In this document: positions 9,753-19,186 of the stretch, in pieces | Layout: each line of letters starts with the position of its first letter | How positions within the stretch are numbered: the stretch's first letter is position 1 | Assembly (NCBI GenBank): GCA_964596525.1 | Contig: CAZQUL010000001.1 | Coordinates: forward strand, 140,830 to 204,829 | Source: an uncultured Gammaproteobacteria bacterium | GTDB taxonomy: Bacteria; Patescibacteriota; Patescibacteriia; Magasanikbacterales; GWA2-37-8 | Direction of reading: 5' to 3' | DNA length: 64,000 bases | The notes under the pieces: model-generated | The model's input: the letters and a program-made list of their open reading frames with translations, nothing else | Database searches by the model: none | Told to the model about the DNA's origin: nothing | Translations under genes and position numbers: made by a program

Positions 9753-9802
9753 TGAACGCCCCAAAAGAGCAGCCTTTCCAACTTTACACACGGGAGAGAG
9801 CG

Positions 9803-10873
9803 ATGAACAGACGAACTGCGCTGCATATTTTTGGTCTTGGTATCACCACCCTTGTTGGCGCCTGCGGCACCGGCACCATTGCCGTGGAATCCGACCCGCC
9901 CACCCCGCCGATCGTGCCCCCTGAGCCGATTGTGTATCCGGTGATTCCGGGCGGGCTCGTCATGACGAATTCTTCAGCCGGCGCGAGCGCGGCGAACGGT
10001 CTCAGTGTGCGCGCCGGAAGTTCTCGTGTCGCGGTCGGCATGATCGACTTCACGTGCCATCTAGATCTCCTCGAGATTGATGAGATAACAGCAACGTTCG
10101 TGGGCTCAGCATCACCCTCCGACGTGAGCACCTTCGAGCTTATGAGCGGCACGGAATCGCTTGCGTTCGGTCAGATGAACGGGAAACGTGTGACGTTTTC
10201 TTTCCCGCGTACGCCGCTTCGGCTGACTTACGGACAGAACGTCACCGTGCGTTTCTACGCCACGATCGGCGGTGGCATAAACCGCTACTTTCAGCTCGCG
10301 ATCAATGCCGAAACCGACGTCTTGGCGTTCGAAGTGACGGGCGAGGTGCGCACGGCGCGGCGCTTACCGACGGTGAATGTCGGCTCGTTCCCCATCCCGC
10401 TCTCACGCATTAACATCAATACCGGAGGTTTGCTGATCCAGGAATCGCCGGATTTTGCAGACCATACGGTTGGTAGCGGCGGAACCAGTCAGCGGATCGG
10501 CTGGTTTGAACTGAACGCTTTCGGCGAGGCGGTACGGATAACCTCTATCGCGCTTACGGTTACATTCGGCAACGGCCTTCGGCCCGAGCACGTTTCCAGT
10601 CTGCGGCTCAGATCTATACCGGGAGGCGCAAATGGGTTTCTCGAAGCAAGCGTTTCAAGCCTGGGCCTGATCAACTCGGTTATCTCGCTGACGAATCAGA
10701 ATTACATCGTGCCGGCCAATCAGAGCTGTGCGGTGTACATCGAAGCTAGCTTCGTGCCCGGAGCAGTAGGAACAATCCACGTGTCACTCAGCGGCACCTA
10801 CGCCCAGGGATTTATCTCGCTCGCGAGCATCTCGGTGCCCGCCACACGCGGCCGCACCATGACGGTGCAGTAA
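9803..10873 (+). CDS. lipoprotein, hypothetical (356 aa)
   Basis: Signal peptide with lipobox LVGAC. Pro-rich linker after the Cys. Terminator follows. Confidence 0.6.
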   Translation: MNRRTALHIFGLGITTLVGACGTGTIAVESDPPTPPIVPPEPIVYPVIPGGLVMTNSSAGASAANGLSVRAGSSRVAVGMIDFTCHLDLLEIDEITATFVGSASPSDVSTFELMSGTESLAFGQMNGKRVTFSFPRTPLRLTYGQNVTVRFYATIGGGINRYFQLAINAETDVLAFEVTGEVRTARRLPTVNVGSFPIPLSRININTGGLLIQESPDFADHTVGSGGTSQRIGWFELNAFGEAVRITSIALTVTFGNGLRPEHVSSLRLRSIPGGANGFLEASVSSLGLINSVISLTNQNYIVPANQSCAVYIEASFVPGAVGTIHVSLSGTYAQGFISLASISVPATRGRTMTVQ

Positions 10874-10887
10874 AGATCAAATTCTCA

Positions 10888-10916
10888 GCCCCCACATGGG
10901 GCTGTTTTAATATTTC
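10888..10916 (+). terminator. rho-independent terminator
   Basis: cagccccc-acat-gggggctg followed by tttt. Confidence 0.55.
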
Positions 10917-10933
10917 AAATCCCGAGGAGTTAG

Positions 10934-10962
10934 TTGACAAAAGGGCTAAAGCATTATATATT
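10934..10962 (+). promoter_or_regulatory. sigma70-like promoter
   Basis: TTGACA, 17 nt, TATATT, upstream of the 11033 gene. Confidence 0.45.
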
Positions 10963-11032
10963 ATTACGTCTTTGGCCGGCGACAGAAGTCGTTAGGTTGA
11001 AGCATTCCCCAGCCCTTTGAGAAGGAGAGAGC

Positions 11033-11881
11033 ATGTCCACCACCGATCAGTTCGGCCTTGTTGATTTCGTGCGCGGCCTGGGCGGCATTGCGCAGGGTGT
11101 CGTGAGCTACCCGCTCTTCGCCATTCCACGTACCGTGCGCCACATTTTTTCCGGCGCGATGATCGATGTATGGCGGGCCATTTGGCGCATGAAGCGGGTG
11201 GGACCCAATCTCAAGACAGTCCTGACGGTCGTCTCGGTTCCGGCTGCGGCCCTGACGCCCGGAGTGGTGGGTCTGATCGCAGGCTTGTACGGCGTCTATC
11301 GTGGTTTCAAGATTGCTTGCGATGAGAAAGATGAAGGGAATAGTCTCCTTAGCGTCTTTCCCGAGGCCTACCGCGAGCTGCGCACACTCGACCGCAAGGA
11401 GATTGCGAAGATGCTCGAGGACCTCGCCACCTACAAAAGCGAGCCACTCGACCCCGGCACGAAGCCGTTCGACATCTCGCCCCTCAAGGCAATCCGCGGT
11501 CTCGCTGCCGGCTCTCTGAGTGCAGTGGCCGGTGCGACACTCATAGGAACACTCGTTCTGTTCCGTCTACCTCAGCTTTCCGTGAAGGGCTTTAAGATAG
11601 CCTGGGAAGATGAAGATCAAATCTTTCTGGGACTGCTTTATACGATTGGCGTAATCATCATCACGCTGATCCTGATCCCGCTGTCATTCCTCATCCCCAC
11701 CCTGTTCGAGCTCGTCGACGGCACCCGCCACGGCTACCAGGAGAGCATCGGCTTTGCCCTCGGCAAGGCCTGGGACACGACCAAGAAGGTAAGCGAAGCA
11801 ATCAAGGACTTCCTCGGCAAGAAGAAGCAGCCTACCATCGCTTCGAGTCGGGCGCCTAACACATACAGCTCATCCACATAG
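11033..11881 (+). CDS. integral membrane protein, hypothetical
   Basis: Multiple hydrophobic segments (LTVVSVPAAALTPGVVGLIAGLYGV, IGVIIITLILIPLSFLIPTLF). Confidence 0.55.
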   Translation: MSTTDQFGLVDFVRGLGGIAQGVVSYPLFAIPRTVRHIFSGAMIDVWRAIWRMKRVGPNLKTVLTVVSVPAAALTPGVVGLIAGLYGVYRGFKIACDEKDEGNSLLSVFPEAYRELRTLDRKEIAKMLEDLATYKSEPLDPGTKPFDISPLKAIRGLAAGSLSAVAGATLIGTLVLFRLPQLSVKGFKIAWEDEDQIFLGLLYTIGVIIITLILIPLSFLIPTLFELVDGTRHGYQESIGFALGKAWDTTKKVSEAIKDFLGKKKQPTIASSRAPNTYSSST

Positions 11882-11987
11882 TCTAAAAGCCTTCGGCGCG
11901 TAGCGAGCCTGTCTCCTGCGTGCCGATTTATTTTTTACGGTTTAGATAAAAAGAAAAACCGCCGGTATTCGATCCGGTGGTCTTCGT

Positions 11988-13286
11988 TTATCTTCCCAAA
12001 ATCGCATCGAGTGTATTTTTGCGCACAATGATCCAGGCCGGTACGAAGCCGGCAAAGAGGACGACGACCATGAGGATGCCGATGCGCAGAAGAGCGCCGT
12101 CCGGCGTAACGACGAGGATGCCATCGGAGAAGGGAAAGTCGATGGGATTTTTTTCGAAAAACGGTTTAAGGAGTCCGAAGGTGAGCGCGACACCGATGCC
12201 GGAACCGACCGCCCCATAAAAAAACGCCTGTATGACGTACGAAAGCTGCACCGCGAACGGGCTGATGCCGATGCCTTTCATAATGCCGATGAATTTGCGC
12301 TTGGTGACGGCGTTAATGAAGATAACGATGAAGATGGTGATTGTCGCGACGACAAGCGCGATCGAGGAAAGCGCATTGCCGAGGATGCCCATGGTGGTTT
12401 CGATATCGCGCAAGAATGACGGGATGGCTTCTTGCGATGACTGCACGCGGGCCGGATTGGTGCCAAGGAAATTCTTGATATCATTGATGACTCCACGCTC
12501 CGTACCGGGTTTGACGCGGATCGCGATTTCTTGATAATCGAGCTTGCGGACCGGCACGAGGCGGCGCACCTCTTCGTCGAGAATAAAAGCACGCGATGAA
12601 ACTTCATCGATCTTGCTCTTCATGATGCCGCGCACGATGTATTCTTTGGCAATTGGCTCACCTTCGCCCGCGACGATGGAGAGACGTACACGGCTGCCGA
12701 TATCGACATCTTCGAGAAGCGTGAGGCCCGGGATGTTGGCATCCGCGAACGAGGAATATTTCTTGAGGATGTTGGCACCGATGATAATACCTTGTGTATC
12801 GCCGGCCTGGAGTGGTTCGCCGTATTTGACGAACTTGGAAATTTCGGTCAATTCTTCTTCTTTTTCCGGATCGATGCCAGCAACACTCAAGTTAGCGCGA
12901 TTGAGCTTTTCTTCGCTTTTTGGGAGCTTATCGAGCGTGCCCAGGATACCAGCGCCAACGAGGTAACGTGGCGCGAAACCCGTAACGTCGGGATGATTCG
13001 ATAAGAATGAAACAAGATTTTGCGAATCTTTGATGTACGTCTGGCGGTTCGGCGGGGTGATGATGATATCACCGCTGTAGTGTGCACGGAACTGGATGAA
13101 TGAACCGCTGATGAGGCCGACGAGGAGGCCGGAAACGACGACGAGATTGAGGAAGGTCAGGACCATGATGAAGATGATGAGCCCAGTAGTCCATTTGCTG
13201 GCGCGGCGGATGTGGCGGAGCGCCAAAAACCAGCCCACACGGATGGCGTGGAAGAATTCGTGGAGACGGGCGGCGAGGTGTAGCAT
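11988..13286 (-). CDS. ABC transporter permease, FtsX-like (MacB/LolE type)
   Basis: N-terminal TM, large extracytoplasmic domain, C-terminal three TM helices typical of the FtsX/MacB permease family. Hairpin terminator just downstream of the stop. Confidence 0.8.
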   Translation of the reverse strand: MLHLAARLHEFFHAIRVGWFLALRHIRRASKWTTGLIIFIMVLTFLNLVVVSGLLVGLISGSFIQFRAHYSGDIIITPPNRQTYIKDSQNLVSFLSNHPDVTGFAPRYLVGAGILGTLDKLPKSEEKLNRANLSVAGIDPEKEEELTEISKFVKYGEPLQAGDTQGIIIGANILKKYSSFADANIPGLTLLEDVDIGSRVRLSIVAGEGEPIAKEYIVRGIMKSKIDEVSSRAFILDEEVRRLVPVRKLDYQEIAIRVKPGTERGVINDIKNFLGTNPARVQSSQEAIPSFLRDIETTMGILGNALSSIALVVATITIFIVIFINAVTKRKFIGIMKGIGISPFAVQLSYVIQAFFYGAVGSGIGVALTFGLLKPFFEKNPIDFPFSDGILVVTPDGALLRIGILMVVVLFAGFVPAWIIVRKNTLDAILGR

Positions 13287-13329
13287 ACGGCTTTGCGCAA
13301 CAAGAGTAGTGTATCAAGATGTACCAGAA

Positions 13330-13626
13330 TTAGCCCGCCAAGTCAAAAGTAAGGCTTAGATTGTCTCCTGCGGCGATTCTTTCTTTTTTCCTTACCACGG
13401 CTTTGAGAGCAATGAGATACCGGAACTCTATCCCCTTGCCGCCGGGCAGAAGCGATGTTTTCCAGGTGGTTTTGCCAAGTGTGGCAATAATGGGAATGAA
13501 TCCGTACACGCCTTTTAGTCCGGATTGTTTTAGCTCCGCCGATTGCGCAGAAGAAAGAGCCACGAAATGCCAACCCCCTGGACCGGGAAATTTTTGGACC
13601 GCACCGGTAACAACGATTTTCTTCAT
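13330..13626 (-). CDS. DUF1905 domain protein
   Basis: MKKIVVTGAVQKFPGPGGWHFVAL... resembles DUF1905 small proteins. Confidence 0.55.
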   Translation of the reverse strand: MKKIVVTGAVQKFPGPGGWHFVALSSAQSAELKQSGLKGVYGFIPIIATLGKTTWKTSLLPGGKGIEFRYLIALKAVVRKKERIAAGDNLSLTFDLAG

Positions 13627-13632
13627 ACTTTT

Positions 13633-14241
13633 TTATTCGCACTGCTGCCGGAGCACGGTCTTCATTTTTTCCGGCGCGATTTTGCGCGGATCGTTCAGAT
13701 AAATCTCATGATGTTTGCCGGAGAGCTTTTTTCCATTTTCCAGAATATGCTCATGAATTTTCTGAATGTTCGGACCCTCGGCCGAAAACGGGCCAATGTG
13801 CACAAGCTGACCGACCAAACCTTCGTCGTACGTTTCAAAACGGATTTCGTGGAGTTTCGGAAACCCTTTTTTATTTTCCGCCTGCACGAGCGCTTCAGCA
13901 ACAACCTTCTTTGTCACGATATCGGGCTGCATGATCATCATGGTCCACTGCCACTTCTTGCGATCGTTCGTAACGAAATCGTTCATGTTTTTCGCCCACC
14001 ATAAACCTTCAAGCGGCATGACTTTGTAATCTATTTCCTGCGTTTTCTTGATCATGAATTTAATGGTGTAGGCGAGCGTAAAAAGCGCTTCGACCGCAGC
14101 CGCGTATTCTTGGGACGTGTTCGGGTCGCCTTGCCCGTCGATCATGAGAAAATTCATCGCGGGAACGGTGATGAGTTCGACGCTTTTAGCCGATGGATTA
14201 TACAGATGTTTGAGGAGTTTTTTGTGGTCAATTTTTTTCAT
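13633..14241 (-). CDS. GyrI-like small-molecule-binding domain protein
   Basis: Resembles GyrI-like/AraC effector-binding family proteins (PAMNFLMIDGQGDPNTSQEY...). Confidence 0.5.
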   Translation of the reverse strand: MKKIDHKKLLKHLYNPSAKSVELITVPAMNFLMIDGQGDPNTSQEYAAAVEALFTLAYTIKFMIKKTQEIDYKVMPLEGLWWAKNMNDFVTNDRKKWQWTMMIMQPDIVTKKVVAEALVQAENKKGFPKLHEIRFETYDEGLVGQLVHIGPFSAEGPNIQKIHEHILENGKKLSGKHHEIYLNDPRKIAPEKMKTVLRQQCE

Positions 14242-14794
14242 AGGCCTTTTTAAGGATTTTCTCGATCGTATTCCAGTTGCGCGTCGTCACGTTTTTGCCG
14301 AATTCTTTTTCGATGATGTTCATCGCGTCGGTCGTGCCGTGTTTTTCGGTAACGGTGAGAACGCTGATAATTTCAGTCTCTGTTACTTTGAGGATGGTAA
14401 AATCTTTTTCGGGCGATACGTAAGGAATTGTAAGTACGCTCGTTGGTTTTTCGGAAAGGAAGGTAATGTAAAGCCGTGTTGCTGGAGTTACTTCGATTTT
14501 TTGGAAGGGCTTCGTATCCGCGAGCTTGCGCACATCATCGATAGTGCGGACGATGACGACAATCGTTCGTTGATATTTTTTCTCAAGTGCCTGGGTGATG
14601 GATGCGGTAATTTTCCTGGTCGAAGTTTCCTCGGTTTCAAATACAATATTACCGCTCGCGAGAACAGTGCGCACCTTGCTGAAACCGAGTGATTCAAATA
14701 TCTTTTTAACGTCGGCCATTTTGACGAGCACGTTGCCGCCGACGTTGATGCCGCGGAGAAATACGGCGCAACGAGTGTGCGAACTTTTTGGCAT
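14228..14794 (-). CDS. DUF1697 domain protein
   Basis: FLRGINVGGNVLVKMADVKKIFESLGF matches DUF1697. Start taken at the internal Met MPKSSH. Confidence 0.55.
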   Translation of the reverse strand: MPKSSHTRCAVFLRGINVGGNVLVKMADVKKIFESLGFSKVRTVLASGNIVFETEETSTRKITASITQALEKKYQRTIVVIVRTIDDVRKLADTKPFQKIEVTPATRLYITFLSEKPTSVLTIPYVSPEKDFTILKVTETEIISVLTVTEKHGTTDAMNIIEKEFGKNVTTRNWNTIEKILKKAYEKN

Positions 14795-14795
14795 A

Positions 14796-15308
14796 TCAAA
14801 CCAGTCCCTGGCGCCTAAAAAAATCATTCCCCGGCCCTTTTTGGTCAGCCAAACTAGACAGCGGAAGAAACATGATCTTCACGACCGGTACGTGCGGAAA
14901 AATCTGGAGCGGAAAACCGCTCACGTTATGGAGTTCTAGGGCGATTGGATTGTCGGTGCCTGGTTCGATGAACATCGAGCCAAGGAGAATGCTCAACCCG
15001 GCTTGCGCGCGCGATCCGCGCGTGCTCAGAATGCCCGCGATATCATCGGACAAACGAATGTGTTCTTTGGATTTACAGACCAGAAAGGCGCCTGGTTCAA
15101 GGATGTAACCTTCGTCCGTGAGCGGGATTTCTTCGAATTCCTGCTTTGAGGTGCGAATATCGATGCGCGTAACAGGCTTGAGTTTGTAGAGCGTGGGACC
15201 AAGGGACAATGAGTAGCTGCCAGAGCGGAGATTGGCAGTGTCAAACGGCATAACAGTGATACGGCCGCTCGCAATGGATTCTTGGATGTCCTTATCGGAG
15301 AGAAGCAT
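14796..15308 (-). CDS. dcd: dCTP deaminase family protein
   Basis: MLLSDKDIQESIASGRITVMPF ... dUTPase-like fold motifs (GSYSLSLG, ILEPGAFLV). Confidence 0.75.
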   Translation of the reverse strand: MLLSDKDIQESIASGRITVMPFDTANLRSGSYSLSLGPTLYKLKPVTRIDIRTSKQEFEEIPLTDEGYILEPGAFLVCKSKEHIRLSDDIAGILSTRGSRAQAGLSILLGSMFIEPGTDNPIALELHNVSGFPLQIFPHVPVVKIMFLPLSSLADQKGPGNDFFRRQGLV

Positions 15309-15374
15309 AGAGTATTAAATGGATGAGGAAAGACTGCACACTAAAAACCATCGGCGAACCGACGGTTTTTAGTA

Positions 15375-16151
15375 TTAAGGGGCATCAACGAATTGGTTGA
15401 GAGAACCGAGGTCCATACCGCGGTCGCGGGCTGTCTTGAGGTATGGTTTGGCTTTTTCGTCGTCTTCTTTACCGAGATACGCCAGGCCAAGAAAGTACGG
15501 AATGGATGCTTCTCCGTTGTCATCGAGTTTTTCCAGGATGGCGATTGCCTCATCGTACTGATCATTAAAGAAATGCGCTACTGCCAGATTTTCTTTGGCC
15601 GTATCCTGGTCGGTCGCGTCGGCCGCTTTTTTGGCGTAGACGAGCGATTTTTTATAATCAACGTACTGTGGATGCGTATCGTTCAAATCCATGTAGAAGA
15701 GCGCGAGCGCGTTGTTGATCTGGAAATTATCCGGTTCAAGCTGTTCAGCAGTTGAAAAGTGCGCGAGCGCTTCTTCGGGTTTTGATTCAAGCACGGCGAT
15801 TTCGCCGCCAATAAGATGATGGTCAAACGAATCGGGTTTCGCTTGGGCGAATGCTTCTTTAAATTTGGCGAGTGCCGCTGCATCGTTGCCGCGGGTCGCT
15901 TCTACGTAAGCTTCATTTTTGAGGTTGTTGAGTGCTCGTTCGCCGCGGCCTTGAAAACAGCCGTATACACCTACGATAAGTAGAAGGCCAATGGCAACGG
16001 TGGGAAGCATTTTCTTTAGTTTTGTCGTTGTATCAGGGGTAGCCGATGAAGGAGTAGCCGAAGAGGCAACAGGAGTTGTGTTGGCAAAACCGCAATGAGG
16101 ACAAACTTTAGCGGACGATTCGAACGACTGGCCGCAGCGCGCGCAGAGCAT
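15375..16151 (-). CDS. zinc-ribbon plus TM plus TPR-repeat protein
   Basis: CARCGQSF...CPHCGF zinc ribbon, one TM helix, then TPR-like repeats (AEQLEPDNFQINNALALFYMDL...). Confidence 0.6.
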   Translation of the reverse strand: MLCARCGQSFESSAKVCPHCGFANTTPVASSATPSSATPDTTTKLKKMLPTVAIGLLLIVGVYGCFQGRGERALNNLKNEAYVEATRGNDAAALAKFKEAFAQAKPDSFDHHLIGGEIAVLESKPEEALAHFSTAEQLEPDNFQINNALALFYMDLNDTHPQYVDYKKSLVYAKKAADATDQDTAKENLAVAHFFNDQYDEAIAILEKLDDNGEASIPYFLGLAYLGKEDDEKAKPYLKTARDRGMDLGSLNQFVDAP

Positions 16152-16220
16152 ACGAAAAAAGTAAGTGAATGATGATAGGGTAACGATAACAAACCGCGAG
16201 ACAAGATTCAACCAGAAACG

Positions 16221-16808
16221 TTAATAGAATTTTTCGCCGCGCGCGAGCATGGCAACGATGGTTTCGAGGCGACGAGCGCGGGTTGCGGGTTTTTTGGCCG
16301 TAGCAAGACGGAAGGAGATGGCGTTAATGTTCGCCCGGCTGAGCGTGGCGACAAACGCTTTCATCTTAGAATTGCGGTTGATGATTTTTTGCAGATCAGG
16401 CGGAATTTCGGCCTTGCTAGGCGGCTCATAAGCCCGATCGAACCGTCCGTCGCGCTTGGCTTCTTCAACTTCTTTGAGCCCCGCGGGCGTCATGCGTTTT
16501 TCTTTGATAAGCCGTTCCACGTGGCCGATATTGAGTTTTGACCAGATGCTTTTGCTGCGGCGCGGGGAAAATTTCTGCAGATATGATTTCTCGTCGTATT
16601 TCTTAACTTGGCTGTCGATCCAGCCGAAACAGAGCGCTTCATCGAGGGCTTCGGGATACGTGATTGATAATTCATCGGAACCTTTTTTGAATATCCTGAT
16701 CCAGATACTGCCTGGTTCGGCATGATGTTTTATGAGCCATGAACGGAAATCCCGGGCAGCGGTGAACGAAAGAATGGGCGGCTCGATTTTTTTCTGTGAT
16801 GATTTCAT
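16221..16808 (-). CDS. YdeI/OmpD-associated family protein (DUF1801-like)
   Basis: FTAARDFRSWLIKHHAEPGSIWIRIFKK is typical of YdeI-like proteins. Start taken at MKSSQKK. Confidence 0.5.
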   Translation of the reverse strand: MKSSQKKIEPPILSFTAARDFRSWLIKHHAEPGSIWIRIFKKGSDELSITYPEALDEALCFGWIDSQVKKYDEKSYLQKFSPRRSKSIWSKLNIGHVERLIKEKRMTPAGLKEVEEAKRDGRFDRAYEPPSKAEIPPDLQKIINRNSKMKAFVATLSRANINAISFRLATAKKPATRARRLETIVAMLARGEKFY

Positions 16809-16812
16809 ACCG

Positions 16813-17421
16813 CTAAAAATCGACAGATGCGAAGAAGAGATCTTTCCCATTGCTTTGAACGACGAGCAGCGCGCCGAACGGAAGTTCTTGCGGCACAGCG
16901 GAAAATTCGCGGGCTCTGAGCGTCACCAAGAGTAATGCTTTAATGACGCCGTTGTGACCGGAGATGCCGATGGTTTCGTTGGGATGTTTGGCAGCGATGC
17001 GCATAAGAGCGGCGGCGTATCGTCGGGCCGCTTCAGCATAACTTTCCATACTCGGATGATATTTGACGGTGAAATCGATACTGGGACGCTCGGCATGATA
17101 CGTTTTTTTGGCCGCATCCAGTTCCTCCACATCTTTGCCATCGAAGATACCGTAATCGATTTCGCGCAGTTCAGGATCGACAGCAATCGGCAGCACCGTG
17201 TTCATTCCTTTCATTACTTCTTCCGCGCTTTGCTTGCTACGCTCGAGGGGAGAAACATATATACGATCGAATATAATTCTAGAAGAGATTTTTTTACCGA
17301 GTTCGCGCATTTGCTCTCTTCCTTGGGCGGTTAACGGAACATCGGTTACGCCGCAAACGAGATTTTTACCGTTTGTCTTGGCCGTAGTTTCGCCGTGACG
17401 CCAGATGTACAACGTGGTCAT
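16813..17421 (-). CDS. histidine phosphatase family protein (phosphoglycerate mutase-like)
   Basis: RHGET motif (LYIWRHGETTAKTNG), branch-1 histidine phosphatase. Confidence 0.8.
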   Translation of the reverse strand: MTTLYIWRHGETTAKTNGKNLVCGVTDVPLTAQGREQMRELGKKISSRIIFDRIYVSPLERSKQSAEEVMKGMNTVLPIAVDPELREIDYGIFDGKDVEELDAAKKTYHAERPSIDFTVKYHPSMESYAEAARRYAAALMRIAAKHPNETIGISGHNGVIKALLLVTLRAREFSAVPQELPFGALLVVQSNGKDLFFASVDF

Positions 17422-17515
17422 AAGAGGTTGAGAATATAGGCGAGAGTATCATAACGGTTTCTAGTACAAGCGACAAACGAAAAACCGGAGAATGGTCTCC
17501 GGTTATGGTACGAGA

Positions 17516-18121
17516 CTAGAGGCGCCGCCGCGAGCGGCCGCTCCAGGGATCGTTCTCCTCGAGCGGAAAACTGTGCCAGCCGCGGGCACTCCATACATCG
17601 ACCATATGCACGAAGGCAGCAAGCTCGTTCATGGTCCGGCGGCGGCCCGAGTAATCGCCGAGCTCTCCTTCAGCGTAGCGCACGGCATTTTCTTCTTCGC
17701 TTGTGAGCGTAATGCCGTACTCGGCGAGCTTGGCCAGACGGAACCGCTGGCACTCTTCTTTGGTGTCGACGCCGGGCCGGTGATGAAGCTGTCCGTCCGG
17801 ACCGCGCTCGTACTTCCACGGCTTCTCAAGGTCGTGGCAAAAATAACCGATGATGGCGCTCGCGAGCGAAAACGGCAGCGGACGGCAGGCGTTGAGAACG
17901 GGATACAGAACGAGAGCAATGTTCGCCCCGTCTTCCATATGATCGTAGAAACCTCCGGGCCAGGCCTGATGGTTATTCGTCGACCCCGGCGTTTCCTGAA
18001 AGAGCCTCTGGTTGTGGCTTATGAGCCAAAGAAAATTTCCACAACGCGGGTCCGGGGCGACGAAAACGGTAAAAATATCTGCAAGCGAGTAATATGGCGG
18101 CTTGCTGACGATGTTCGACAT
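17516..18121 (-). CDS. hypothetical protein, possible HD-domain phosphohydrolase
   Basis: ORF 17516..18262. Likely start at MSNIVSKPPYY. His/Asp-containing motifs (FCHDLEK, FVHMVD). The opposite-strand ORF 17492..18178 was judged spurious. Confidence 0.4.
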   Translation of the reverse strand: MSNIVSKPPYYSLADIFTVFVAPDPRCGNFLWLISHNQRLFQETPGSTNNHQAWPGGFYDHMEDGANIALVLYPVLNACRPLPFSLASAIIGYFCHDLEKPWKYERGPDGQLHHRPGVDTKEECQRFRLAKLAEYGITLTSEEENAVRYAEGELGDYSGRRRTMNELAAFVHMVDVWSARGWHSFPLEENDPWSGRSRRRL

Positions 18122-18228
18122 TGGCGCCTCCTTTTGTTTACCGGTGGCGACGAGCATACCATACGAAAAAATCCTTGACAACAAAACCGACCATGTCCAG
18201 AGTCGGTTTTGTATCATCGCACTCAGGT

Positions 18229-18522
18229 TTATTTGCCGCTGCGGTACCATTTTTGTCCCCAAAACGTCACGTAGTAATAATCATAACTACACGCATCAAC
18301 GACCGCTCCGAACGGTGCCCAGCGCACGTTGATGCAGGAACCATCGCAGGTGCAACCATCTTTCGACCGCTTAAAGAATGCTTCATCAATCCCCTCCCCA
18401 ACGCTCCGCGGACGAAACTCACGTTCAATGAGATCTTCTCCGTTATCAAGCCACAGCCAGGGAGCAGCAAAGAGAATAAGCAACGCGACACAGCCGCATA
18501 GAAGTATAAAAATTTTCTTCAT
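18229..18522 (-). CDS. small secreted Cys-containing protein
   Basis: Start at MKKIFILLCGCVALLILFAA signal/lipobox-like N-terminus. C-terminal Cys cluster CTCDGSC...C. Confidence 0.4.
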   Translation of the reverse strand: MKKIFILLCGCVALLILFAAPWLWLDNGEDLIEREFRPRSVGEGIDEAFFKRSKDGCTCDGSCINVRWAPFGAVVDACSYDYYYVTFWGQKWYRSGK

Positions 18523-18591
18523 AAAAAAGACACAAGAATCTTTGAGGTACGATAAACGTACTACTAGAAAATTCAAGCGGTCTGGTGCGTT

Positions 18592-19167
18592 CTAGGCGCT
18601 CTTGTATCTGAAACACGACGTTAGATGGTCATTCACCATGCCGCACGCCTGCATGTGCGCGTAGATGACTGTTGGGCCAAGGAATTTGAAACCGCGTTTT
18701 TTGAGATCCTTGGCAAAGGCTTCGGCTTGGCGAGTGACAGCCGGAACATCTTTGAGTGTTTTTCGCTTGCCGTTGATTGGTTTATTATCGACAAAACCCC
18801 ACATATACTTTGCAAACGTGCCGAATTCTTTTTGTACACCAAGAAAGCGCGCGGCATTGTTGATGGCAGCGTTGATCTTGAGGCGGTTGCGGATAATGGA
18901 CGGATCGAGCAGCAATTTCTCGACATGATCTTTAGTAAACAACACGACCTCCTTCGGCTCAAAATCAGCAAACAGCCGGCGGTAACCTTCGCGTTTGTGC
19001 AGAATAGTCTTCCACGAGAGCCCGGCTTGGGCGCTTTCAAGGACAAGGAATTCGAAAATTTTCCGGTCGTCATGCACGGGTACGCCCCATTCTTCGTCAT
19101 GGTAGCGGATCATGAGAGGGTCCTCGCCAGTCCAGGCGCAACGAGAAGGAGATTGGGTAGTCGGCAT
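18592..19167 (-). CDS. tag: DNA-3-methyladenine glycosylase I
   Basis: CAWTGEDPLMIRYHDEEWGVPVHDDRKIFEFLVLESAQAGLSW... is a strong Tag family match. Start at MPTTQSP. Confidence 0.85.
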   Translation of the reverse strand: MPTTQSPSRCAWTGEDPLMIRYHDEEWGVPVHDDRKIFEFLVLESAQAGLSWKTILHKREGYRRLFADFEPKEVVLFTKDHVEKLLLDPSIIRNRLKINAAINNAARFLGVQKEFGTFAKYMWGFVDNKPINGKRKTLKDVPAVTRQAEAFAKDLKKRGFKFLGPTVIYAHMQACGMVNDHLTSCFRYKSA

Positions 19168-19186
19168 ACGTAGCTTGCGGAAATCT

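Noticed and set aside
17492-18178. 228-aa plus-strand ORF overlapping the HD-like gene
   Set aside because: The minus-strand partner has more protein-like composition and fits the local all-minus operon. The plus ORF is Arg/Ala/Pro-rich. Neither strand is certain.
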